From positions 1 through 62,654 of the IMG/VR virus record IMGVR_UViG_3300020193_000020: a stretch of DNA of 62,654 bases. One strand, 5' to 3'. This DNA comes from a virus (Duplodnaviria; Caudoviricetes). The notes below the pieces were generated by a model that worked only from the letters and a program-made list of their open reading frames with translations, made no database searches and was not told where the DNA came from. The position numbers and the translations under genes are program-made. Of the stretch, positions 10,548 to 22,122 are shown piece after piece; positions within the stretch are counted from its first letter, which is position 1, and each line of letters begins with the position of its first letter.

Positions 10548-10739
10548 TTATTTCTCTATTTTATTTAAAATTAATTCTAACATACTTTTAATTTCAAATA
10601 TTTCTGTCTCTATTCTATTTATTCTTTCTTTTTCTTGTTTTTGTTTTAAATATTTATCAAAGGCTGTTCTGTCTGTACTAAGAACAGCCTTTGAATTTAA
10701 GTCACGAATTAAAGTAGAATTTTCTATCGGTATATTCAT
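10548..10739 (-). CDS. Small coiled-coil hypothetical protein
   Basis: 63 aa, LIRDxxSKAV..EIKSML; tightly packed after the large structural gene. Confidence 0.7.
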   Translation of the reverse strand: MNIPIENSTLIRDLNSKAVLSTDRTAFDKYLKQKQEKERINRIETEIFEIKSMLELILNKIEK

Positions 10740-10740
10740 T

Positions 10741-13700
10741 TTATGCTACAGCAATTGCTCTTAAATCTTTTAGAATTGGAACAATTGTTTTATCTGTTGT
10801 TTTCATTACAATCTTTATTGCAAAAACTGTAAATGGTGTTAGTGCAGTACCAGATAATCCAGCGGAATATTGTCTATCAATAAATCTTGATTGTGAATCA
10901 AAATTTGCGTTAGTGGCAACAACATCTTCTGTCATTAAAACATATGGCTTATCTTCAAAAGAAACATTATCTGATGTTGTTAGAACTTTATAATATACTT
11001 CAACAGATGACGGTGAAGGTGTAAATGTTGATAACAGTACTTTAATACCAGTTGAATCAAAACCTTCGGCTAATGCAATTCTTCTGGTAATATACTTAGC
11101 AAAAGCACCACCACCAGATTTTTGTGTTTCATCTTTACTTACGTTATTGACCGTTGCACCACTTGAATGTGTAGCAGCACTTGTACCAACATAACCTCTA
11201 GATACAGTAAGAGTTGTTGTACCACCACCAGAAGAAATTAACATCTTTTCAATACCAACTTGTATTACATCTCCATTTGCAAAATTTGTTCCACTTTCAA
11301 CAGAAATTGATGTTGATGATGTTGATATTATATCAGCAGATAAAGTTGTTGTTGCCGATGAAATATTGTTGATTAAATTTTCAACCACAATTACACTTAA
11401 ACGTTCAGTATCAATTACAGGTGAAACTTGATCACCTGTTGTAGTTAATGTTGCTTCCATAACTACGCTACCAACATCTTGTACTTTGTTTTCTGTTGTA
11501 AGATAAGTATTAGCATTAGAAAAGAAATCTGTATAACCTGAAGCTAAACCACCAGTTGTTCCATCAGATGATGCTTTATATTTCCAAGAAACTTTTTTGT
11601 CACCGAAATTAATTTCTTGTGAAGTCATCTTAAATAAATGATATGCTTTTTGTGTTACTTGTGGATTTTTAATTAAAGCTGTTCCTGATGTTTGATTAAA
11701 TGAACAACGATTAATTGTGAACATTAAATCTTCTTCTTGAACAGGAGTCCATGTTCTTGCATTCTGCGATTTAAAGAATGATCCGGCGTAAGGTTGTGTG
11801 CTAATGATTTGACCTTGATCAATGTTAGTAATATTTAATTGACCAATTTCTGATACATAAGCATTATATTTATTTGAATTTGTAATCAATACAATTGCAT
11901 ATTCACCTGGGGGTAAATATACCGGAGATGTGAATTTGAAATTAGTTGCAACTTTGGTTGCTGTAGCTAAATCCGTTGTTTTCACATAATTTGTAATTGT
12001 TGCTGATGCCGCACCATTTGTACCATTACCACCACTTATAGTGACTGTTGGTGCTGATGTATAACCATAACCAGGATTTGTAATCGTAATTGCTGTTATA
12101 TTTCCACCAGAAACTGTTGCTGTTGCTGTTGGTGTAATACCATGTGCTAATTGTGGAGCAGAAAACGTTACTTCTGCTGTAGAATATCCAGAACCTTGAT
12201 TACTGATTGTTATGGTTGAAATTTTACCATATGGCTCCATAGTTATTTCGGTGAATGGTATAATATCATAAGCACTTGGGAATCCATTTTGTGTTGGTCT
12301 GATTTGTAATGTTACTGGAACATTAACATCTTTTGTTTGGAAGAAAACATCAACACTTTCCATAAACATACCATTTGGATATGTTGTAGATGGAACTAAG
12401 AATGTTTGTGCTAATGGATCAACATAATCACCAACATTCAATGGTTGTGATTCTGATATAGCAACAACCTCTGTAACAGCTCTTCGTCTTGGAACCATTG
12501 TTCTTGTTGAAACAACAGTTTTTTCTCTTGTTTGTAAAGTTCCTTCGGCGAAATAATTTGTTTCTGCTGAAGTTGTAGTTGCCGCTAAGTTATTTGTACT
12601 ACTATCTGTTAATTTAAACTTTCTAGAACCAGTTTTAAACGTTCCTGCTGGAATTGTAAATGTTCCAGAAATTTCACCTCTTGAATCAGTTTTACCATTT
12701 GCTGAATTCCCAGAAATTTGGAATTGTGTATTAAACACACAGGCAATAGCAGTATCATCAAAGAAACCATAAACTTGTGTATTTGGCTTTAATGACTTAC
12801 CTACGAATGTAACTGTTTTTGATCTTATATAAGGAACAACACTAATATTTACAATTTTATCATCAACTACTTTTGTAATAGTTTCTGGTACATGTTCAAC
12901 AACGGTTCCTGTTCTTCTTCTTTCACCAGTTCTTACGACTCTCTCTCGGTTAAAAGTTTCAAATTGAAGTGGTGACGGAAATCCTCTTTCTTTCCAATCA
13001 AAAACACGCGCGGCAGTTTGGACAGTTTCTATGATTGTTTGTTGACCAGTCCAGCTTTCTTCCCAATCATTCCAGCCACTTTCAAATGGCTCTTCAGATA
13101 ATAGATAAGCATCATTTTCACCAACAATATTGGTAACAACATCAGGTTTATGTGTAGTATCAAACCATGTATCACTACTTGGATTTAAATCAATATTACC
13201 AATAAAGTTAAAGAAGTTATATGGATTGACATTTACAACTTTACTTGCATAAGGTTGACGTGCGAATACAGATGTTGTATATGATAAAGTAATTAGTGTT
13301 CCGGTTTGTACTGTATTAGTTAATGTATCTTTTATTAAAGTAATACTTTCACTGGAAAATGGAGGTCTTAATTCTTTTTTATTAAAATGCATTGAACACT
13401 TATAATCAGCATTTAATACATCACCAACTGAATGTCCACTGAAATTATCAACAACGAAACCATGCTTAAATCTATCATTACCACCAGAATCTGTTACATC
13501 AAAACTTTGAGTATCTTGTTCTAGAAGATTAAGTGAATTATAGTATTCTAGATTTTCAACTCTCTTTTCCAATTTACCAATATCACGCATTGTATATCTT
13601 TTGTTCTCGATATACTTTACTTTAACATCTTTTGTAGTATATGTATAAGCAGCAACTGTTAATACATATAGTGTCATTGCATCTTGATTATCTGGTGGAA

Positions 13701-16095
13701 CTTCAGGAGTTAACGAAGAAGTTCCTTTAATAACTAAAAATTCTTTATCTTTTGTAACAATAAGTTTATCAATTCTGTTTAGGTAATATGAATAATCAGC
13801 AACCATTAAACTTCCAGGACTTGGTACTACAACAGAAGAAACGTCTGTTACATATGGTCTAAAATCAACATAATCTCTTAAATTATATGTTTGTCTGGTA
13901 GTTGTTGATGTATATGTTTGAATATTTTCATATGTTGGATAAGAATCAACAGTAAAGAAACCACCAGAAGCAGAAGTTGCAGTATAATAATTATACATTA
14001 CAAGAACATATCCGGTTGGTGTTGATTGACCTTCTTTTAAAGTTAAACTACCCAAAGCATAAAAATCATCACGTTGTCCATTATCAATATTATATCTACT
14101 AGTAATGTCTGTGCCAGTTGAATAAAGAGTGTTAATATTTTCAGGTTTGGTTGGTGCTGAATCAAACATCAACACCTTAACTGTTCTATTAGCTAAAGTA
14201 GCATTTGTTGTGTCTCTAGTATCAATATCAGGTACGGGTAAAGAAATACTATTAAATGATGAACTAATTAATCTTCTACCTCTTGCTGAAGAATCTGTTA
14301 TAGGATTGCCAGATGCTAAATCATCTAAATTAGCAGTGACATATGTTTTTGTTCTTTGATCGAATGTAAAGTTTGTTGATGAATTACTACTAAAATTCAT
14401 CAAGGCAACTATAGCAATGTTATTAGAACCACCACCAGATACTGTTACTGTAATTGATGTTGAACCATCACCAATTGTTGGTGACGAAACAAAAGCATTT
14501 GTTGATGTATTAAAAACTAATACATTTCCAGGAGTAGTTGGTGATAAAAATGTAATTCTAGCATCACCAGTAGGAATTGTAACAGACCCCGAACTTAAAA
14601 TTCCGGTAAATGTTGTGTAAAATTGATATGAAACATCAATTCCTGCTGGAACATTTGTGTTCAAAAATGATTTAACAACATTAGAAGAAACTGGGAATAG
14701 CATATTAGAGAAGCTACTTTCTTCTAACACGGCATTTCCACTTACTAAAACTAATTCTGCAATTTTATTTATTGTTCCTGCTTTAGCAAAACTTTTAATA
14801 GATGAAAAAACTTGACCGGAATCTAAAGAAATATTTGTTAAATATGCTCTATAAACACCATAACTATCGGAAGCATTTCTAAGAATTACTTTTAATTTTG
14901 CAGTTCCAATTTTAGTACCTGATCCCGGTGTTGCGTTATTATGTAAATCAATAGTCGGATTTGTTTTTGTATCAACGAAATAAGCTAAATTATTGATTTT
15001 GGTATATGCACCATAATTTAATGTAATAGGTGAGTTATTAACACTTGAATAATCTCTTGCTTTATCTACAATAATGTTTGTTGGTGCAATAGTTTCAAAT
15101 TCAAATCCCTTAACATAAGCTTTACCTGGATCAAGAACTGCCTTAACTGTTGTTGAGTTTGAGTTATTTTCTTTAATGGTAATTGCAAATGGTCTTACGG
15201 TATAATTACCTGATTCATCAAATGTTCTTCTAGCTAAAGTTTTTTCTAATTCAGCATATGCTGGAAATTTAACTTGTTGAACAATATAACCGTCTTCTAA
15301 TCTAACTAATAGAATAAAATCTTTATTTGGGGAATTACCTGCTGTGGGGTTTGCAACAATTCCTAGTTGTAATTCAATTTTATATCTATCAGCACCGGGA
15401 GCCAGATAATTATAAGAACCAGTTGCGTTATCTAGTAATGTTGAGTCATCATTTTCATCAATTAATGACTCAACAACATTTAAACCAACAGAACATGTTG
15501 GTGTTGCAGTATCTAAAGCTAAAGTTGAATCTTTTGTAATTGTTGTTTGTTGATCTACAATTACAAAGAAACCTTTTGTATAAAACACACCAGCTTGTAT
15601 AATTACAGCAGAAGCATCGCCAGTAAAACTAGAAGAAACAATTTGAGCACCAGAAGTTACTCCATTTGTTGCTTCATTTACAACACTAATAACTTCTGAC
15701 GCAGAAAATGTTCCAGAAATATACTTAATATAAATCTTTGGATTTGTTGTTGTACCGAATCCGAAAGTTTTAATAACTCTGGCTTGAGCACCTGAAGTAT
15801 TTCCACGAATCAAAACGCCATCAAAAGTTGATGCTAAGAGTTGATTACCGGAATAAACATTTTCCAACACAAGATATTTTACTTTTGCGTCAAAAGATGT
15901 TTGACCACCCAAAACCATACTACCATCTTGGAAAATATGATTACCAAAACGCTGAATTTGATTCTGTAATATTGTTTGAGCTTGAGTTAATTCTCTTGCC
16001 TGAACTGCTCGTCCCGGTCTAAATAGCACTCTTAGAAATTTCTTTGCTTCATTGAAGTCATCAAAATATGGTGGTGCGTTAAAGTTAATTGCCAT
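10741..16095 (-). CDS. Large VrlC-like (DUF4815-type) virion/baseplate protein
   Basis: 1784 aa; PYFDDF..RVLFRPGRAVQARELTQ, APGADRYK, LARRTFDESG, RYTMRDIGKLEKR, DPLAQTF. Confidence 0.88.
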   Translation of the reverse strand: MAINFNAPPYFDDFNEAKKFLRVLFRPGRAVQARELTQAQTILQNQIQRFGNHIFQDGSMVLGGQTSFDAKVKYLVLENVYSGNQLLASTFDGVLIRGNTSGAQARVIKTFGFGTTTNPKIYIKYISGTFSASEVISVVNEATNGVTSGAQIVSSSFTGDASAVIIQAGVFYTKGFFVIVDQQTTITKDSTLALDTATPTCSVGLNVVESLIDENDDSTLLDNATGSYNYLAPGADRYKIELQLGIVANPTAGNSPNKDFILLVRLEDGYIVQQVKFPAYAELEKTLARRTFDESGNYTVRPFAITIKENNSNSTTVKAVLDPGKAYVKGFEFETIAPTNIIVDKARDYSSVNNSPITLNYGAYTKINNLAYFVDTKTNPTIDLHNNATPGSGTKIGTAKLKVILRNASDSYGVYRAYLTNISLDSGQVFSSIKSFAKAGTINKIAELVLVSGNAVLEESSFSNMLFPVSSNVVKSFLNTNVPAGIDVSYQFYTTFTGILSSGSVTIPTGDARITFLSPTTPGNVLVFNTSTNAFVSSPTIGDGSTSITVTVSGGGSNNIAIVALMNFSSNSSTNFTFDQRTKTYVTANLDDLASGNPITDSSARGRRLISSSFNSISLPVPDIDTRDTTNATLANRTVKVLMFDSAPTKPENINTLYSTGTDITSRYNIDNGQRDDFYALGSLTLKEGQSTPTGYVLVMYNYYTATSASGGFFTVDSYPTYENIQTYTSTTTRQTYNLRDYVDFRPYVTDVSSVVVPSPGSLMVADYSYYLNRIDKLIVTKDKEFLVIKGTSSLTPEVPPDNQDAMTLYVLTVAAYTYTTKDVKVKYIENKRYTMRDIGKLEKRVENLEYYNSLNLLEQDTQSFDVTDSGGNDRFKHGFVVDNFSGHSVGDVLNADYKCSMHFNKKELRPPFSSESITLIKDTLTNTVQTGTLITLSYTTSVFARQPYASKVVNVNPYNFFNFIGNIDLNPSSDTWFDTTHKPDVVTNIVGENDAYLLSEEPFESGWNDWEESWTGQQTIIETVQTAARVFDWKERGFPSPLQFETFNRERVVRTGERRRTGTVVEHVPETITKVVDDKIVNISVVPYIRSKTVTFVGKSLKPNTQVYGFFDDTAIACVFNTQFQISGNSANGKTDSRGEISGTFTIPAGTFKTGSRKFKLTDSSTNNLAATTTSAETNYFAEGTLQTREKTVVSTRTMVPRRRAVTEVVAISESQPLNVGDYVDPLAQTFLVPSTTYPNGMFMESVDVFFQTKDVNVPVTLQIRPTQNGFPSAYDIIPFTEITMEPYGKISTITISNQGSGYSTAEVTFSAPQLAHGITPTATATVSGGNITAITITNPGYGYTSAPTVTISGGNGTNGAASATITNYVKTTDLATATKVATNFKFTSPVYLPPGEYAIVLITNSNKYNAYVSEIGQLNITNIDQGQIISTQPYAGSFFKSQNARTWTPVQEEDLMFTINRCSFNQTSGTALIKNPQVTQKAYHLFKMTSQEINFGDKKVSWKYKASSDGTTGGLASGYTDFFSNANTYLTTENKVQDVGSVVMEATLTTTGDQVSPVIDTERLSVIVVENLINNISSATTTLSADIISTSSTSISVESGTNFANGDVIQVGIEKMLISSGGGTTTLTVSRGYVGTSAATHSSGATVNNVSKDETQKSGGGAFAKYITRRIALAEGFDSTGIKVLLSTFTPSPSSVEVYYKVLTTSDNVSFEDKPYVLMTEDVVATNANFDSQSRFIDRQYSAGLSGTALTPFTVFAIKIVMKTTDKTIVPILKDLRAIAVA

Positions 16096-16121
16096 AGTTA
16101 TTTAATACCTAAGTATATTTA

Positions 16122-17828
16122 TTAGAACTCTAATACTATTCTTATTTCTTCTGTTTGATCAGAAGCTCTGTTGATTGATCTTCTGTTCTCTAAGTAAATA
16201 ACGTCACCATAATATGATTCTGAACCCAATTTAGTAACACCTGATGTTGCAATTGTAGCTGAGTTTGTTCCATCACCAATACTATCAGAATCATTAAATA
16301 CTTTCTGGTCATATGTATCTACCGCTGTTGTTGAAACTTCATTAACCAAAACATATGCTGGATCTGGTGATGATGCTGGAACATATTGCACAACTTTTGC
16401 TGTTTTACTACCAGAAGTAATTGTGCTATCAATTGTAAATGCTCCAGGAGTTGAATTTCCTGTAAGAGTTAGCTTATATAAATTATTTTCACCAGTAGAA
16501 CTTGTAACTAAACCACATACAGTTGATGTTGTTGGTCTTTGATCAGGAGAAACTGTCCAATTCTTATCAACCAATAACATATTCGCTGTTGTTTCATAAC
16601 CAATAATTTTTCTTCTTTCACCTCTACCTGGGCCGGAAATTAAAACTATATCTTTTCCTAAAATTGATGCAGTAGGATTTGTAGCGATTTTTATGTTATT
16701 ATTTGCTGAAGTTGGATTTGTTGATGAGTTATATCCACTCAAATATCCTGTTATTTGAGGAAATGATGATGTAACCACACCCGTTGAAGTACCCGTTGAA
16801 TTTAATTCAATCGGATCAACAATAATACCAATTCTTCTATAGTCATTTACTGTAATAAGTTGATTACTTTCTGAACCAGAAAGTTCAACATAAATCATTA
16901 CAGCAACACCACCCAATTCCGATACAGCATCAAATCCATGTCCACCCTTTGGGCTTAATACTGCACGAACCTGTAAATTTCCAGCAGATACTGTAATTGT
17001 TGGTTGTTTATAATAATTTGTTCCTACTGTTGTTAACTTAATAGGAAATTGTACAGCACCACCAGAAAGAGTTAAGGTTTGTGATACTGCTCTTGTTCCA
17101 CCTTTATGTGGAACTGCTATAGTTAGAGTTGGAGCACTACTATAACCAGAATTTGTTCCATTAATATCAATAACTTCAATAGCACCATCTCTTGCATTAT
17201 TCTGAACAGTAAATTGTCTACTAGCATCGTTATATTTTACAATTTTTACAGGAATCCAATCGGAGGTAACGAACTTTAACATATCAGCATCACTAACGCT
17301 ATACATAAATTTCCAGACATAACCATCTGAACAATAAATTAATCCATTATCACCAACACCACCACCTTCTCCTGTTCCTGTATCAATTGTAGCTGGATCA
17401 ATTGTTGATGGTGCTCCATTATTATTACTTAAACATTTATAAACTCTATATTCATCATTTGTTGTAGTAACAACATAAAAAGGAGTTACATCGAGGTTAG
17501 TTAAAGCACCTGCAGTTGTTTTATTAACTGTTGCAAATAAATCCATCTCATGATAATATTCTCTATAATAAACTTCTGATGTCCAATCATAACGTCTAAT
17601 TGCGTGGGAAATGTTATTAGCTTGTAATTTTTTCATGAAAATAATATCTTCATGAACATAATACTGAACATCTGGCGAATCAATTGGAACTGCTGGTGTT
17701 AAATCATCATTCCATGGAGTTGATTTTCCGATGAATAAGTAATAACTAGTTGGTGTTTGTTCGTCAAATGACTCAACAAATTGTTTAGCTGTTGATAGTC
17801 TAACTTTATTTGTAACAATAGCTGGCAT
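16122..17828 (-). CDS. gp8: Baseplate wedge subunit
   Basis: YRVYKCLSN, DGYVWKFMY, GDVIYLENRRSINRASDQTEEIRIVLEF. Confidence 0.92.
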   Translation of the reverse strand: MPAIVTNKVRLSTAKQFVESFDEQTPTSYYLFIGKSTPWNDDLTPAVPIDSPDVQYYVHEDIIFMKKLQANNISHAIRRYDWTSEVYYREYYHEMDLFATVNKTTAGALTNLDVTPFYVVTTTNDEYRVYKCLSNNNGAPSTIDPATIDTGTGEGGGVGDNGLIYCSDGYVWKFMYSVSDADMLKFVTSDWIPVKIVKYNDASRQFTVQNNARDGAIEVIDINGTNSGYSSAPTLTIAVPHKGGTRAVSQTLTLSGGAVQFPIKLTTVGTNYYKQPTITVSAGNLQVRAVLSPKGGHGFDAVSELGGVAVMIYVELSGSESNQLITVNDYRRIGIIVDPIELNSTGTSTGVVTSSFPQITGYLSGYNSSTNPTSANNNIKIATNPTASILGKDIVLISGPGRGERRKIIGYETTANMLLVDKNWTVSPDQRPTTSTVCGLVTSSTGENNLYKLTLTGNSTPGAFTIDSTITSGSKTAKVVQYVPASSPDPAYVLVNEVSTTAVDTYDQKVFNDSDSIGDGTNSATIATSGVTKLGSESYYGDVIYLENRRSINRASDQTEEIRIVLEF

Positions 17829-17849
17829 TTCTAATAAATCCTTTTAGAA

Positions 17850-17857
17850 TATTTATA
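17850..17857 (-). promoter_or_regulatory. Late promoter TATAAATA
   Basis: Exact consensus upstream of gp8. Confidence 0.65.
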
Positions 17858-19994
17858 TTGGTTTTATAGTAATAAAAGCTTCACGATTAAAATTAGTTCG
17901 TTCAGCTAAACCATTCGGTTTAATAAATTGATTGATTACTGTATTTTCAACAATCTTCATTGGTGTATTTGACAAAGTGTAAAGATCATCTTGATAATAA
18001 TTTAAATTACTAGTTCCAGTATATTTATTTGGATAATAATATGTTATAGGAGAAAAACTTTGTACTAATTGTGTATTTTTCCAACCCCCATAACCTGGAA
18101 TATTAAATCTATCTGTATTTATCCATTCTAATGTATTTCCATACACCTTTTGTTGATTATTGATTTTTATAGTTCTATAATTATTAGGAACATCTACCGC
18201 ATTTAAAATAAAACTCTTTACATCAAAACTTAATACTTTAAATGGATAGAAAAATTCTGGATATTCTTGTGGTGATCCATATTTATTTAAAGCAAAATAA
18301 TTAAACAAAGAAATAATACCGAAGAATACCATTCCTCCTGGATTTAACAAATCCTTAACAATATCTTTATAATCTGAATAATCTTCTTCTGATTTCAAAA
18401 CATATGAGAAATCTTGATAATAATCATCTTGTATAAATTTATTAGAAGATATAAAACCGTCATTATTAGCAAATTGTCCAGGTTCAATACCTAATGTTTT
18501 TGGTTCAAATTGTATTTGTGCAAGATTTAAATATGCTGTAGCAACAGCATCTCTTTCTGCTATACCTGTACTATTAAATGTTATTGTTGGGGTTTTCTTA
18601 TAACCAGTTCCATTATTTGTAATAGTTAAACCAGTAACAACTTTTTTAGATGTAGAAGGATCAATTGATGTTTGAACAGTAATTGTTGCTGTTGTTCCAG
18701 AAGGAGGAGCAGAAACTGTTGCTGTTATTGTTGCTCCAGCAGGATATAAACCACCACTATTAATAACTACTTCTTGAACTTTTTGTACAACACCGCTAAT
18801 TGAAGGTGGAATATATGCTTTAAATATCCCGGTTGATGCATCTTGATTATAATTTAAAATACCATGATCAAGTAAATCAAATGCTTTCAATTTACCTTCC
18901 GTATCTAAACTGGTAATTCTTACAATAATATCTGTTGCAGTTTTTCCTGTTGGAATATCAACATAAGAATTATCAATTACAATTTCATCACCAACCTCAT
19001 AAATAGCAGAACTTGAAAATAATTCACCTTTTCTTAATAAAGAAGGAGATCCAGAAACAGTAACTACCGTATCTGTTGTAGTGATTAAATCTAAATTATC
19101 ATAATATGATATAGTTTCATTGTAAGGAAAATTTTCACTTAAATCTTCTACATATAATTGAAAAAATGTTGTTGGTGTTCCATTAATACTATATTCTACA
19201 GTTTTTACTCTAGTAACAACAGCAATTGCACCAGAAGTATTACCATATATTCTTTTATTTAAATACGAAACATCACTTGTTCTTTTAATAGTAACAAACG
19301 GATATAAATTCCATTTACCATCAGAAACTCTCAACATATCCTTTTTAGGATAATAAAATTCCAAATCACTATTGTAAACAGTTCTAAAGAAGTATCTGAA
19401 ACTATCTTCATTTCCTTTTGATTTAAGGAAATCAGCTAATCCTTTTAATGTTAATTGTTTTGATGCTGTTAAAGTTTGAGGATAGTCTGGTGATAATTCA
19501 TCAAGTAATTTGTTTAACTTTGGATTTTCTGTTATTAAACTTCCATTATTACTATGAATTATTTGTGTAACCGTTGTATCTGTAAAATTTAATTGATTAC
19601 CTACAGCACCAGTAAATATTCCACTTGTTGTTACAATATTTAATGATCCTGTTGTGTTGGTTATACTTTCATAAGAAACAACAGCACCTTTAGCAACTAC
19701 AACACCATTAACATTCGATTGAACAATTTCATCACCATAATCAGTATAATTTTGTGAAAAATTAGACTGTTCTTCAGAAGATGTAAAAGATAATTTTAAA
19801 TTAATGACACTGGAATTGTATTGAGCTGTAATATCACGAGATTTTTCAAGTGATTGAATTACTGAGTATGGTGAACCACTACTCTCAAGATATTGAAAAT
19901 ATGTTTTGATAAAACTAACATATTTTTCAAAATTTGTACGGACATATCTTGATAATTGTTTGTCAATAAATATTGATATTTTTTTATCTTGCAT
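17853..19994 (-). CDS. gp7: Baseplate wedge initiator
   Basis: KSKGNEDSFRYFFR, LRVSDGKW, QDDYYQDFSYVLKS..PGGMVFFG; lies between gp6 and gp8. Confidence 0.85.
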   Translation of the reverse strand: MQDKKISIFIDKQLSRYVRTNFEKYVSFIKTYFQYLESSGSPYSVIQSLEKSRDITAQYNSSVINLKLSFTSSEEQSNFSQNYTDYGDEIVQSNVNGVVVAKGAVVSYESITNTTGSLNIVTTSGIFTGAVGNQLNFTDTTVTQIIHSNNGSLITENPKLNKLLDELSPDYPQTLTASKQLTLKGLADFLKSKGNEDSFRYFFRTVYNSDLEFYYPKKDMLRVSDGKWNLYPFVTIKRTSDVSYLNKRIYGNTSGAIAVVTRVKTVEYSINGTPTTFFQLYVEDLSENFPYNETISYYDNLDLITTTDTVVTVSGSPSLLRKGELFSSSAIYEVGDEIVIDNSYVDIPTGKTATDIIVRITSLDTEGKLKAFDLLDHGILNYNQDASTGIFKAYIPPSISGVVQKVQEVVINSGGLYPAGATITATVSAPPSGTTATITVQTSIDPSTSKKVVTGLTITNNGTGYKKTPTITFNSTGIAERDAVATAYLNLAQIQFEPKTLGIEPGQFANNDGFISSNKFIQDDYYQDFSYVLKSEEDYSDYKDIVKDLLNPGGMVFFGIISLFNYFALNKYGSPQEYPEFFYPFKVLSFDVKSFILNAVDVPNNYRTIKINNQQKVYGNTLEWINTDRFNIPGYGGWKNTQLVQSFSPITYYYPNKYTGTSNLNYYQDDLYTLSNTPMKIVENTVINQFIKPNGLAERTNFNREAFITIKPI

Positions 19995-21720
19995 CTAAAT
20001 CTTCCGCTGTTACGGTAAAGTTTTCTGGATTTAATAAGATAATATCTTCTCGTTTTGCCAAAACATCACCTTGAGATGGTTCAACTTCAATATTAAGTGT
20101 TGTTTCAACTAAACTTGAAGGTAAAATACTTTCAACTATAATTGAACCCGTTTCATAATTAACTGTTCCTGCATTATTTTTAACTACAATTTTTGTTCCA
20201 CCTTGAAATTTAACGATTCTAATAACACCTAAACCATCATCATCCAAGAAGAAAGTATCTCCTAATGTATATGTGATTGTAGGATCTTGTGATATAATAA
20301 AACCATTTGAATTTACAGAATTGGTTTTAATTTTATTATTGAAACTAATTTCAATTTTGTTAATTGTATTTAATGTAACTTCATTTTTTCTAATTAAAGA
20401 AATGCTTGTTATATTACTAATAATACCTTGATCAACGTTATCAATTAGATATAAAAATTTAGAATATCTAAATGCCGTATCAAAATTCTTTAATTCTTTT
20501 TGAGCAAATAAATTAACTTGTAATTTTAACTTTGTAATGATTTCATTTTTTGTTAAAATTGTTTTTCTTCTATCGTATATTAATTTGGTATTAAGTTTTA
20601 TATAAATATATTTTGGATCTACTATTTCGGGCAAAACCGAAATTATATTTTTTGTATTAAGAATATTATTTTTGATGGATTGTTTTTGTAAGTTATTTAC
20701 TGTTTCTTGACCAATTGGTTTAATAGCAATAAAAACTTTACCATATACAGGATGTGGCAATTGATCTTGTCCACCCCAAACCGAAACAGCTTCAACGTTA
20801 GGAACATCTCGTAAAATTAATGTTTTGTAGTCAGTTACTGTAACTGCTCTATTTTGTCCTTCGAAATTTCTAGGAGCTGTAAACTTAATTGACTCAGTTG
20901 ATTCTCTTGACCCACCACCAAAAGAAGAAACACTTGTATTTACTGTTACATCTTGAGGTGGTGTGAATGATGTTGCACCATTTGCAGCTGCACCGGAAGA
21001 CACCTTATATTCTATAGTTATAACATTACCGGAATTTAAAGCTTTACCTAGAATATTATCACCAAATAATATTCTATAATTAGAATTACTATCTTCTTCT
21101 AGATAATATGTTTTAGAATCAGGTTCTACTGTTGTTAAATTTGTATTTAAAGAATAAACTTCTGATCCTGCTGTTAAACTGTTTTGTACAGAAACTTTTA
21201 ATGTTGATGTATCAATACTTGGATTAGGAATAACAAACTTCTGTGTTATATCTGTTAGGTTAACAACAAATTTATTTGTTACATTTTCACCTTCATATAC
21301 AACAATGTTTTGCGAAACATTCGCAGCTAAATCAATTGTTTCTACGGGTGAAAAGTAATAAGTTTTACCATCAACATCTGTTGTAAAATATGAGTTTCTG
21401 GTTAATAATTGATTTGTTGTTGATGTTACATTTAAAATTGTTGAAGATGATCTTGTGGATCTTGGTGTGTATCCTAATAATTTGGCATGTGAAATAACAT
21501 TTTCTCTTTTAATTGCTGTATCAAGAAAAGATTCATTTGCTACCATATTTGTATAATATGATAACATATAGGTATTGTATGCTAAAATGTCAATTAAAGT
21601 AGAAAGAGCAGAACCTTCAAAATTATAATCGGTGAATTCAGTCTGATTCTTTAGGAAATTTTTAATGTTAGCTTTTATACCATCAAAATCTAATTCTGTA
21701 AGTAATAGATTTGTTGCCAT
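19984..21720 (-). CDS. gp6: Baseplate wedge subunit
   Basis: LDFDGIKANI..FTDYNFEGS..DILAYNT, QNRAVTVTDY, VWGG, YGKVFIAIKP. Confidence 0.95.
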   Translation of the reverse strand: MATNLLLTELDFDGIKANIKNFLKNQTEFTDYNFEGSALSTLIDILAYNTYMLSYYTNMVANESFLDTAIKRENVISHAKLLGYTPRSTRSSSTILNVTSTTNQLLTRNSYFTTDVDGKTYYFSPVETIDLAANVSQNIVVYEGENVTNKFVVNLTDITQKFVIPNPSIDTSTLKVSVQNSLTAGSEVYSLNTNLTTVEPDSKTYYLEEDSNSNYRILFGDNILGKALNSGNVITIEYKVSSGAAANGATSFTPPQDVTVNTSVSSFGGGSRESTESIKFTAPRNFEGQNRAVTVTDYKTLILRDVPNVEAVSVWGGQDQLPHPVYGKVFIAIKPIGQETVNNLQKQSIKNNILNTKNIISVLPEIVDPKYIYIKLNTKLIYDRRKTILTKNEIITKLKLQVNLFAQKELKNFDTAFRYSKFLYLIDNVDQGIISNITSISLIRKNEVTLNTINKIEISFNNKIKTNSVNSNGFIISQDPTITYTLGDTFFLDDDGLGVIRIVKFQGGTKIVVKNNAGTVNYETGSIIVESILPSSLVETTLNIEVEPSQGDVLAKREDIILLNPENFTVTAEDLDAR

Positions 21721-22110
21721 TTATCGTATTCTCTCTAAAATAAAATCAAACTTTTGAATTTCTGTTAGTCCAACTATAAAATATTCTAATGTAACAACTA
21801 ATTCTTCTTCGTCTATATTTGTGTACACATTTACACTAACTAATGAAACTCTTGGTTCGTATGCAGCAATTATTTGTGTTATTGCTCTTTCAATATTTAT
21901 TTGTGTTAAAAAGTCAAAACTTTCAAATAAATAATCTTCTAGACCAGCACCTAAAGTTGAATTAAATTTTCTCTCATACACATTAGTAAAGATTAGGTTT
22001 TTTAATGATTGTTTTATAGCTTCTTCGTTTTTTCGAATAACTAAATTTTTAGTTGTCGGTAAGTAATCGAAGTTAAAATCTAAGTCTTTATATTTTACTT
22101 GTGTAGACAT
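21721..22110 (-). CDS. gp25: Baseplate wedge subunit
   Basis: AIKQSLKNLIFT..ER.F..G..YEPRV. Confidence 0.92.
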   Translation of the reverse strand: MSTQVKYKDLDFNFDYLPTTKNLVIRKNEEAIKQSLKNLIFTNVYERKFNSTLGAGLEDYLFESFDFLTQINIERAITQIIAAYEPRVSLVSVNVYTNIDEEELVVTLEYFIVGLTEIQKFDFILERIR

Positions 22111-22122
22111 ACTTAATATTTA

